Below, piece after piece: positions 1-6,835 of a stretch of DNA of 47,180 nt; position 1 is the first letter of the stretch; the number at the start of each line of letters is the position of its first letter. Location of the stretch: contig CAXTSD010000001.1 of the NCBI GenBank assembly GCA_964246775.1, positions 1-47,180 on the forward strand, written 5' to 3'. Made by a program: the position numbers and the translations under genes. This DNA is from an uncultured Acetobacteraceae bacterium. Lineage in GTDB: Bacteria; Pseudomonadota; Alphaproteobacteria; Acetobacterales; Acetobacteraceae. Below the pieces are notes generated by a model, which was not told where the DNA came from, searched no databases, and saw nothing but the letters and a program-made list of their open reading frames with translations.

Positions 1-566
1 CGCTCAAGCGGGTGAGGCTCACGCATCGAGACCGGAGTGTCTACGGCGAGGCGCTGGTCAATCGGGCCGGGCTGGAGGGCGGCGCGGTCTACGCGCTCTC
101 GGCGCCGATACGCGACGACATCGAGGCTGGCGGCACGGCACGGTTGCTCGTCGATCTCAGGCCGGACCTCGACGTGGCGGCGCTGGCGTCCCGTCTGGCA
201 TCAGCGGGCGGGTCAGCCAGCACGGCGAACCGGCTGCGCAAGGCCGGGCTGCCTGCGGTCGCCGCCGGCCTGCTGCGCGAGGCGGGCGAACTGCCGTCCG
301 ACCCGATGAAGCTCGCGGTGGCAACAAAGGCGTTGCCGCTCGCGGTCACCGACGTGCAGGGTCTGCAGCGAGCGATCTCGTCGGCGGGCGGCATCGCGCT
401 CGACGAGATCGACGAGAGGTTGATGCTGCGCCGCTGCCCCGGCGTGTTCGTCGCCGGCGAGATGCTGGACTGGGAGGCGCCCACCGGCGGCTACCTGCTG
501 CAAGCGGCGTTCAGCACCGGCGTTCAGGCCGCCGCCGGCGCGCTGGCCTGGCTGCACAGCCAGTAA
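1..566 (+). CDS. BaiN/HI0933-like NAD(FAD)-utilizing flavoprotein (TIGR03862-type), C-terminal part; 5' end lies outside the window
   Basis: The reading frame is open from the window start. The C-terminal motif GGIALDEIDERLMLRRCPGVFVAGEMLDWEAPTGGYLLQAAFSTG is typical of this family. Stop TAA at 564..566. Confidence 0.7.
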   Translation, partial: LKRVRLTHRDRSVYGEALVNRAGLEGGAVYALSAPIRDDIEAGGTARLLVDLRPDLDVAALASRLASAGGSASTANRLRKAGLPAVAAGLLREAGELPSDPMKLAVATKALPLAVTDVQGLQRAISSAGGIALDEIDERLMLRRCPGVFVAGEMLDWEAPTGGYLLQAAFSTGVQAAAGALAWLHSQ

Positions 567-581
567 GCGGCGGCCCGCCGT

Positions 582-944
582 TCAGGTGGTCAGGCGGGAT
601 TTCAGCTTGTCGAACAGCTTCTGCGACAGCACCTTCTTGGTGACCAGCTCGTCGACGCTCTTGTAAGGACGGCCGGCGATGATCTTGGCGGTGCGCTTGG
701 CGCCGATCTGCGGCAGGCTGTCGAGTTCGGCGGAGGTTCCGGTGTTGATGTTGACGATGCTCGTGCTGTCGGCCTTTTTCGAGGCGGCGCTGGCGGCGGC
801 TGGATGCGGCGGCGTCGGCGCTGTCGGGCTCGGCGCCGCCATCTTGGCGCCGGTTGCCGGCGCTGTCGTCTGGGCGAGCGCCGGCAGCGCCGGCAACAGC
901 AGGGTGGCGGCAAGCAGCGCCGCCGTCATCATGGGTGAACGCAT
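582..944 (-). CDS. ComEA-like helix-hairpin-helix DNA-binding protein with signal peptide
   Basis: C-terminal HhH signature NINTGTSAELDSLPQIGAKRTAKIIAGRPYKSVDELV. N-terminal signal-like MRSPMMTAALLAATLLLPALPALAQ. I chose the ATG at 944 because GAGGA lies about 7 nt upstream; the track ORF extends to 1013. Confidence 0.75.
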   Translation of the reverse strand: MRSPMMTAALLAATLLLPALPALAQTTAPATGAKMAAPSPTAPTPPHPAAASAASKKADSTSIVNINTGTSAELDSLPQIGAKRTAKIIAGRPYKSVDELVTKKVLSQKLFDKLKSRLTT

Positions 945-1064
945 AGGGTCATCCTCTGGCAGTGAGGCGCCTAGCCTCGGGCGGGGCAAGGTCGCTGCAG
1001 CGGCCACCATCATCGATCTGTATGCGCAACGGGGTCAAGCCGCGGCGACGTCGTGACCGGGCCG

Positions 1065-1220
1065 ATGCGCCGCAAGGCCGATCTGCCGAGCAAAATCTGT
1101 CCGATCTGCCGGCGCCCGTTTTCCTGGCGCCGCAGATGGGCGCGCAACTGGGACGACGTGCGCTTCTGCTCGGAGCGCTGCCGCAGGACGGCGCCGGCGC
1201 CGGCGGCCACCAAGCGCTGA
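1065..1220 (+). CDS. DUF2256-type small zinc-ribbon protein (51 aa), absent from the ORF track
   Basis: Manual translation gives MRRKADLPSKICPICRRPFSWRRRWARNWDDVRFCSERCRRTAPAPAATKR. It has the CxxC...CxxxC pattern and the WR(K/R)RWxxNWDxVxFCSxxCR motif typical of DUF2256. Third codon positions are GC-rich. Stop TGA at 1218..1220. Confidence 0.7.
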   Translation: MRRKADLPSKICPICRRPFSWRRRWARNWDDVRFCSERCRRTAPAPAATKR

Positions 1221-1239
1221 GTGCTCGCAGACCAACGGG

Positions 1240-1656
1240 CTAAAGCAGGCAGAGCGCCTGAAGCTCGGCGCGCAGCGGTTCCGGCAAGCCGAGCAAAGCG
1301 GGGCCGCAATCGCCCAGATCCCGCGGCGCCGCCTCGGCCTCGAGATAGCGCCAGCCCTGGAACGCCTTGACCGGCCGCGCCGATACCGCGACCAGTTCGG
1401 GGTGCAGCCGGAACTCGGTGCACGGGGTTGCATCGTCGCGCTGGCCGGGGACGATGTCGGTCACGCGTTGGCGGACCAGCAGCAGCCCGCCGATCACCCA
1501 GTAGATCGACCCGCCGTCGAGGATCTCGTCGGCCCGGCGTGGAAAGCTGCGGGTACGATGGTGCAGCGGCGGGAACAGCCGGGCGCGCTCGGCCTGATGC
1601 GCTCGCAGGTGCGGCACGTCGCGTATGCCGACGGCGAGCTTGATCATGTGCAGCAT
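1240..1656 (-). CDS. DUF1489 family protein
   Basis: The N-terminus MLHMIKLAVGIRDV and overall length (138 aa) match the DUF1489 pattern (MxLHLIKLxVG...). The frame is clean. Confidence 0.8.
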   Translation of the reverse strand: MLHMIKLAVGIRDVPHLRAHQAERARLFPPLHHRTRSFPRRADEILDGGSIYWVIGGLLLVRQRVTDIVPGQRDDATPCTEFRLHPELVAVSARPVKAFQGWRYLEAEAAPRDLGDCGPALLGLPEPLRAELQALCLL

Positions 1657-1668
1657 CGGGCGGGAACC

Positions 1669-2701
1669 CTATGGCAGGTCGAGTGCGGCCGGCCGGCGCG
1701 GCGGCGGGAACGCCGCGTCGAGGGCTGCGCACTGCCGCAGCGTCATCCGGCGCTACTGGCGCGCCGAAGCCGCGACGAACCAGCTCGGCGGTGACGTTGC
1801 CGCTCTCGGACGCATCCCGCCAATCCTTGAGGGCGCCGCCGCCGTCAAAGTCCGAGCTGATGCCGACATGCGCCAGGCCGCAGCGTTTCACCACGTATTC
1901 GACATGGTCGACGAGGTCGCCGACGCCGACATCCTCGAGCCGGCCCTTGGGGCGCAGAAACGGCGGCATGGCGGTAATCTGGATCAGGCCTTCGCCGTCG
2001 CGCAGGGCGTCGAGCTGGACGTCGTCAAGGTTGCGTGGATGCGGGCAGATCCGCCCGACGCAGGAATGCGTGGCGACGACCGGCACGCTGGAGGTCATCG
2101 CCGCCTGCAGCATCGCCTTGCGTGACAGGTGCGAGACGTCGACCAGCAGGCCGCAACGGTTCATCTCGGCGACCGCCTCGCGCCCGAGCACGGATAGGCC
2201 GCCATGCAGCTCCGCCGCATCATTGAGGTCGCGCCGCGGGTTGGCGCTGTCCGCCAGCGCGTTATGGCCGTTATGGCTGATCGTCATATAGACGGCGCCG
2301 AGGCTGCGCAGGCGTGCGAGCGCCGCCAGATCCTCGCCGATCGCGTGGCCGTTCTCGACCGCGGGCAACACCGCCAGCACGCCATCGCGCTTCGCCTGCT
2401 CCAGCGCATCCGCGGTGCTGCAGACACGCGCGCTGACGCCGTTCTCGCTACGCCCCATGCCGTTGATCGTCTCAAGCATGTGGATCACACGATCCGACGC
2501 CTGCGAGTAGCCCGACGCGTCGCGGCGACCTTGCGGGATGTAGGCGACGAAGCACCCGGCATCGAGCCCGCCCGACCGCATCTTGAGCAGGTCGACATGG
2601 CGGCGGCTCGGCTGGAAGGGGTCCTGATCGTGCGGCCACGGAATGTCGATGTGGCTGTCGAGCGTCAACGTCGCCCGGTGGAGCGCCTCGGCGTCCATCA
2701 T
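1669..2701 (-). CDS. Membrane (renal-type, M19) dipeptidase; 3' end ambiguous, probable +1 frameshift near 1750..1756
   Basis: M19 motifs are present in the 1010..2836 ORF: LDSHIDIPW (HxD), LLVDVSHLS, VVATHSC, GISSDFDGGG and NVTAELVRRGF. Start set at ATG 2701 because upstream codons overlap tRNA exon 2. After about nt 1756, GC3 collapses in this frame and the +1 frame, which ends at TAG 1671..1669, has coding-like GC3. Confidence 0.7.
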
Positions 2702-2763
2702 GTGTGGTGTCCCGGTCAGAGGGTCAGGATCGCTGCCCTTCGGCGGCGATCCTGCACTGAACA

Positions 2764-3087
2764 TGGTGTCCCCGGCGTGATTCGAACACGCGGCCCCAGG
2801 TTTCATACCACTTCGGCTTTCACCGCCGCTCCTCAATCGGAGCGTTCGTGGTCTGGACTATCCCTTCGCCCTGGCAGTTCGGCCTGAGGTGCGCCTCCGG
2901 CTGAACGGCTTTAGGCGCCGCCCGTCTAGTCTCTACACCGTCCCGGCTGGCGCCGGGCTTGGCTCGGGATCGGCATGACCAAGCGGCCGAAGCTTTCCCC
3001 GAATTTGAGCGGATCCGCCACGGTGTTTCCGGCCGCAGCGCCCAATGACAAGGAAACCTGTGCTCTATCCGGCTGAGCTACGGAGAC
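2764..3087 (-). tRNA. tRNA-Arg(CCU) interrupted by a group I intron; exon 1 is 3087..3051, exon 2 is 2803..2764, CCA is encoded
   Basis: Exon 1 reads GTCTCCG-TA-GCTC-AGCCGGATA-GAGC-A-CAGGT-TT-CCT. Exon 2 reads AA-ACCTG-GGGCC-GCGTG-TTCGAAT-CACGC-CGGGGAC-A-CCA. The acceptor (7 bp, one U-G), D (4 bp), anticodon (5 bp) and T (5 bp) stems all pair. The spliced length is 77 nt. Confidence 0.85.
2804..3050 (-). ncRNA. Group I (IC3-like) self-splicing intron, 247 nt, inserted 3' of anticodon position 36
   Basis: The intron follows a U and ends in G. P1 can form between exon CCU and intron GGG. A P2 hairpin forms as CGCUGCGG-loop-CCGUGGCG. Core strings are UCAAAUUCGGGGAAAG (2993..3008), CCGAGCCAAGC (2957..2967) and GGUGUAGAGACUAGACGG (2922..2939). 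From memory these match the core of the Azoarcus tRNA-Ile intron. No ORF lies inside. Confidence 0.8.
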
Positions 3088-3125
3088 CCGACGACGTTCT
3101 AGCCCGATCCCCCGAACGAATTCTA

Positions 3126-3172
3126 GAGCAGTTCCGCTCGGAGTGGACTCACTCCGGGCGGTAAAACTGCTC
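3126..3172. repeat. Long imperfect palindrome (about 20 bp stem) between the terminator and the tRNA gene; possible REP/RIME-like intergenic element
   Basis: GAGCAGTT-CCGC-T-CGGAGTG, loop GACT, CACTCCG-G-GCGG-(TAA bulge)-AACTGCTC. Pairing was verified by hand. Confidence 0.4.
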
Positions 3173-3177
3173 GCTGA

Positions 3178-3229
3178 ACAAAAAGCTAGAGCGCGCTGAC
3201 CGGATACGGTCAGCCTGAAAGCGCTCTAG
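3178..3229 (-). terminator. Rho-independent terminator of the alpha/beta hydrolase gene
   Basis: On the - strand the stem is CTAGAGCGC + (TTTCAG bulge) GCTGACCG, loop TATC, CGGTCAGC + GCGCTCTAG, about 17 bp in total. It is followed immediately by CTTTTTGTT. The hairpin overlaps the stop codon at 3226..3228. Confidence 0.6.
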
Positions 3230-3891
3230 TCGGCTGCCAGCGCCATCGTGCGCCGGGCGATCACGCGGCCGACATATTCCTCGACGTCCTGCCCGACCTT
3301 TTCGGCATGTGAGGCAAAGACGTGATCGGCTCCGGCATAAACGCGGTAGTCGACCTGCACGCCCTTCTGGGTGTTCAGCTTGTCGACCAGCTTGCGGACT
3401 GAGGGCTCGGGAACGAGTTCGTCGGCATCGCCGTGCAACAGCAGCCCGCCGCAGGGACAAGGGGCGAGAAAGCCGAAATCATAGCCACTGGCCGGCAGGG
3501 CGACGCTGATCCAGCCGGAGATCTCGGGCCGGCGCATCAGCAACTGCATGCCGACGAAGGCGCCGAACGAGTAGCCGGCGATCCACAGGCCGCTGGCGCC
3601 AGGGTTTACCATCTGCATCCAGTCGAGCGCCGAAGCGGCGTCGCCGATCTCGCCGATGCCGCCGTCATAGCGGCCCTGGCTGCGGCCGACGCCGCGAAAA
3701 TTGAACCGCATGACCGAGAAGCCCATGCGTTGAAACGACTGATACATCGTGTAGGCAATGCGGTTGTTCATCGTCCCGCCATGCATCGGATGCGGGTGCA
3801 GGATCAGAGCCAGCGGAGCGCCGGCCTGCTTCGAATGATGGTAACGGCCTTCAAGCCGGCCGTCGGGGCCGGCGAACATCACCTCGGGCAT
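3226..3891 (-). CDS. Alpha/beta hydrolase (COG2945-type)
   Basis: Family-typical N-terminus GPxGRLEGRYH...LILHPHPxxGGTMNNR. Nucleophile elbow GYSFGA. Confidence 0.8.
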   Translation of the reverse strand: MPEVMFAGPDGRLEGRYHHSKQAGAPLALILHPHPMHGGTMNNRIAYTMYQSFQRMGFSVMRFNFRGVGRSQGRYDGGIGEIGDAASALDWMQMVNPGASGLWIAGYSFGAFVGMQLLMRRPEISGWISVALPASGYDFGFLAPCPCGGLLLHGDADELVPEPSVRKLVDKLNTQKGVQVDYRVYAGADHVFASHAEKVGQDVEEYVGRVIARRTMALAAD

Positions 3892-4069
3892 CGTAAGCTA
3901 CGTTCTTTCATCTTCCCGCCTCAGGCGGGCAAGTGGATCTCGATGGTCTGGGCCGCGCCGGAATTGACGGCGCCCCCCTGCGGCCGCTAGGCTCAACTTC
4001 ACCTCGCGATCCGCGCCCGCCTGGCTCCGCCGGCGACAACGCCCAATGTGACCGGGGTTTCCTCGTGCG

Positions 4070-4126
4070 GGTTCAGACAGGTTCACGCTGGGTTCATGCA
4101 GATATAGGCGGCAACTGCCGTGAACC
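4070..4126. promoter_or_regulatory. Candidate operator array: three direct GGTTCA hexamers at 10-11 bp phasing plus one inverted copy
   Basis: GGTTCA occurs at 4070..4075, 4080..4085 and 4091..4096. TGAACC occurs at 4121..4126. The array lies 80-140 nt upstream of the desulfurase ATG (4208), in a divergent intergenic region. Confidence 0.3.
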
Positions 4127-4207
4127 GATACTGATTTGTCGCGTGGTTGGCATGTTTATGATGAAGTTCCGCTTTGCGGCGTGCCCTGAGGGTGCCGGGT
4201 CTGCGGC

Positions 4208-5287
4208 ATGATCTACCTAGACGCGAACGCAAGCGAGCCACTGCGACCAGCGGCTGATTGTGCGGTGTCGGAACCGCTGCGCGTCACCTGCAATCCCGCC
4301 TCCGTTCAGTCGGCCGGCCGCGCCGCGCGAGCGCGGCTGGAAGCCAGTCGTCGTGCGATCGCACAACGCCTGGGCGGCCGCCCCGGCGATCTTGTATTTA
4401 CCTCAGGCGGCACCGAGGCGGACAATCTCGCCATTGCCGCATTGGGCGCCGGTCGGCGCATACTGCGCAGCGCGGTGGAGCACGACGCGGTCAGGGCGGC
4501 ATCGCCCGATGCGATGGTGCTCCCGGTCGACGAGAACGGCATCATTCGGCTCGACGCGCTGCAGGCGGCGCTGGCGGACGGCGTGCCCTCTCTGGTCTGC
4601 CTGATGCTGGCCAACAATGAGACCGGCGTCCTCGAGCCGGTCGCCGAGACTGCGCGTCTGTGCCGACAGGCGGGCGCGCTGCTGCACGTCGATGCGGCGC
4701 AGGCGGCGGGGCGGGTCGCGGTCGACGTCGTGGCGCTCGGTGCGCACAGCCTTGCGATCTCCGGCCACAAGACCGGCGGCCCGGCAGGTGCGGGAGCGTT
4801 GCTGCTGAACGGCGTCGAGATTGCGGAGGCGCAAATCCGCGGCGGCGGTCAGGAACTCGGCCGGCGCGGCGGCACGCCGGCACTCGCCGCCATCGCCGGC
4901 TTGGCCGCGGCGCTCGAGACGCCGGACCCGGGCTACACGCAACGCCTGGCCGGCCTGCGCGACGGCATCGCTCGTGCTGCCGAAGCAGTCGGAGCGCGGA
5001 TCTGCAGCGGCGGCGCCGCTCGGCTGCCGAATACGCTCTGCCTTGCGCTCGCAGGAGTGCGATCCGACCTGCAGGTCATCATGCTGGATCAGGATGGGTT
5101 CGCGGTCTCTGCCGGCGCGGCCTGCAGCTCGGGCAAGATCGCGTCGAGCCACGTTCTGCAGGCGATGGGGCTTGGCGCGCTGGCCGGACAGGCGATCAGG
5201 GTGTCGCTGCCGTGGAACGCGACGGCGCACGAGGCTGATGCCTTTGCGACCGCCTATGGCGCCATGGCAGGCCGGGCGCGAGGGTGA
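4208..5287 (+). CDS. Cysteine desulfurase, NifS-like class V aminotransferase (short form, 359 aa)
   Basis: Motifs TSGGTEADNLAI, HVDAAQAAG, the PLP-lysine motif SGHKTGGPAGAGALLL, and the active-site Cys context SAGAACSSGK. Confidence 0.85.
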   Translation: MIYLDANASEPLRPAADCAVSEPLRVTCNPASVQSAGRAARARLEASRRAIAQRLGGRPGDLVFTSGGTEADNLAIAALGAGRRILRSAVEHDAVRAASPDAMVLPVDENGIIRLDALQAALADGVPSLVCLMLANNETGVLEPVAETARLCRQAGALLHVDAAQAAGRVAVDVVALGAHSLAISGHKTGGPAGAGALLLNGVEIAEAQIRGGGQELGRRGGTPALAAIAGLAAALETPDPGYTQRLAGLRDGIARAAEAVGARICSGGAARLPNTLCLALAGVRSDLQVIMLDQDGFAVSAGAACSSGKIASSHVLQAMGLGALAGQAIRVSLPWNATAHEADAFATAYGAMAGRARG

Positions 5288-6489
5288 TGGCTTTGGGCAA
5301 CGAGGTCTATCTGGACAACCAGGCGACCACGGCCTGCGACCCGCGTGTGGTCTCGGCAATGCTGCCGTGGTTCACGACTGAATACGGCAACGCGGCTAGC
5401 GAGGAGCATGCGGCCGGTCGTCGCGCCCTTGCTGCCGTGGAGCAGGCGCGTCGCGAGATTGCGGCGCTGATCGGCGCCGAGGCGCGCGAGATCGTGCTGA
5501 CCTCCGGCGCCACGGAAGCCAATAATCTGGCGATCAAGGGATATGCCCGGCAGGCGCGGGCGCTCGGCGACCCCAGGCGACGCCTGATCACGGTTGCGAC
5601 AGAGCATAAATGCGTGCTGGCCAGCATGGGTGATCTGGCCGCCGAGGGCTTCGAGCCGGTGCTGCTGCCGGTGCGCGCGGACGGAACACTCGACCAGGCG
5701 GCGCTCAGCTCAGCTCTCGCCACGCCGACGCTGCTGGTCAGCGTGATGGCGGCCAACAACGAGGTCGGCGTGCTGCATGACATTGCAAGCCTCGCCGCGA
5801 TTGCGCACCGCCACGGCGCGGCCGTGCACTCGGATCTGGCGCAGGCGGCGGGCAAGCTGCCGATCGATGTCGCGGCATGGGGCATTGAGCTCGCCTCGCT
5901 CAGCGCCCACAAGCTCTACGGCCCGAAAGGCGTCGGCGCGCTCTACGTTCGTCGCCGGCCGCGGACGCGGCTTGCCCCGTTGCTCTCCGGCGGCGGCCAG
6001 GAACGCGGGTTGCGCTCTGGCACCCTGCCGGTGCCGCTGATCGTCGGGTTCGGCGTCGCCGCCGCGGTCGCGGGTCAGGAGATGGCCGAGGAGTCTGCTC
6101 GCGTGACGACGCTGCGCGATCGCCTGCTGGCGGCGTTACGGTCCGCAATCCCTGGCCTGCGCGTCAACGGCCCGCTCGAGGGTCGCCTGCCCGGCAACCT
6201 GAACGTGATGTTTCCTGATCGCGACGGCGCCGCGTTGATGACGGCGTGCCCGCTTCTCTGCGTCTCAAGCGGTTCCGCCTGCTCGGTCGCGACGCTTGAG
6301 ACGAGTCATGTGCTGCGAGCCTTGGGGCTCAGTGATGACGAGGCGCGCGGCAGCTTGCGCCTTGGTGTCGGACGCTTTAACTCGGCCGCCGATATCGATC
6401 GTGCTGCCGCCATGCTCGCCGAGGCGTATGCTGCGTCAGGATCGAGGCAGCGCAGCCCATATCCCGTGCAAGTAGCGGTCGAGGCCTGA
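5284..6489 (+). CDS. Cysteine desulfurase, IscS/NifS family
   Basis: Motifs VYLDNQATT, TSGATEANNLAIKG, SAHKLYGPKGVGALYVRR and SSGSACSVATLETSHVLRALG. The start overlaps the upstream stop (GTGATG at 5284..5289). Confidence 0.9.
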   Translation: MMALGNEVYLDNQATTACDPRVVSAMLPWFTTEYGNAASEEHAAGRRALAAVEQARREIAALIGAEAREIVLTSGATEANNLAIKGYARQARALGDPRRRLITVATEHKCVLASMGDLAAEGFEPVLLPVRADGTLDQAALSSALATPTLLVSVMAANNEVGVLHDIASLAAIAHRHGAAVHSDLAQAAGKLPIDVAAWGIELASLSAHKLYGPKGVGALYVRRRPRTRLAPLLSGGGQERGLRSGTLPVPLIVGFGVAAAVAGQEMAEESARVTTLRDRLLAALRSAIPGLRVNGPLEGRLPGNLNVMFPDRDGAALMTACPLLCVSSGSACSVATLETSHVLRALGLSDDEARGSLRLGVGRFNSAADIDRAAAMLAEAYAASGSRQRSPYPVQVAVEA

Positions 6490-6822
6490 GTGATGACAAA
6501 GATGGTGTTCATCGACCGCGACGGGTCGAGGCGGGAGGTCGACGCCCCGGTCGGCCTGTCCGTGCTGGAGGTCGCGCATAAGCACGGCGTCGACATCGAA
6601 GGCGCCTGCGAGGGATCGCTCGCCTGTTCCACGTGTCACGTGATCGTCGACCCGAACTGGTATCCTAAGCTTGCGAAGCCGACCGAGGACGAGGAGGACA
6701 TGCTCGACCTCGCCTTCGGGCTGGAGAAGACGTCCCGGCTCGGCTGCCAGATCGTGATGACGGAAGCGCTGGACGGATTGACCGTTCGCGTGCCGGCCGG
6801 CAGCCGCAACCTGCTCGACTGA
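6490..6822 (+). CDS. fdx: Adrenodoxin/mitochondrial-type [2Fe-2S] ferredoxin
   Basis: Motifs [14 protein letters not shown] and LGCQI, length about 110 aa. The gene abuts the stop of the upstream gene directly (TGA 6487..6489, then GTG 6490 or ATG 6493). Confidence 0.9.
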   Translation: MMTKMVFIDRDGSRREVDAPVGLSVLEVAHKHGVDIEGACEGSLACSTCHVIVDPNWYPKLAKPTEDEEDMLDLAFGLEKTSRLGCQIVMTEALDGLTVRVPAGSRNLLD

Positions 6823-6835
6823 GGATGCGGCGGGC

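Noticed and set aside
1010-1668. The C-terminal 220 aa of the 608-aa ORF 1010..2836, as genuine dipeptidase sequence.
   Set aside because: The sequence is a low-complexity Arg/Pro/Ala run with no family similarity. It overlaps the well-supported DUF1489 gene (same strand, other frame) and the DUF2256 gene. It is an open frame only because stops are scarce in GC-rich DNA.
2702-2836. An N-terminal extension of the dipeptidase ORF (alternative starts at 2836, 2806 and 2764).
   Set aside because: These codons are tRNA-Arg exon 2 and the intron 3' end read as protein. The dipeptidase domain begins right after the ATG pair at 2701/2698.
2764-3087. A two-piece (circularly permuted) alpha-proteobacterial tmRNA gene, suggested by a T-arm/acceptor/CCA end with about 300 nt of structured RNA upstream.
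   Set aside because: The upstream end forms a complete tRNA 5' half whose anticodon stem pairs exactly with the 3' half. The insert has group I core motifs and G/U splice-site hallmarks. I found no tag-peptide reading frame of the usual ...A(A/L)AA type.
2700-3230. The tRNA-Arg gene as an integration site for a genomic island.
   Set aside because: No integrase gene lies on either side, and I noticed no duplicated copy of the tRNA 3' end in the window. The flanking genes are ordinary housekeeping genes.
4136-4162. A sigma-70-like promoter (TTGTCG-N15-TATGAT) upstream of the desulfurase operon.
   Set aside because: The spacer is only 15 nt and the hexamers are a modest match. This cannot be supported without 5' end data.
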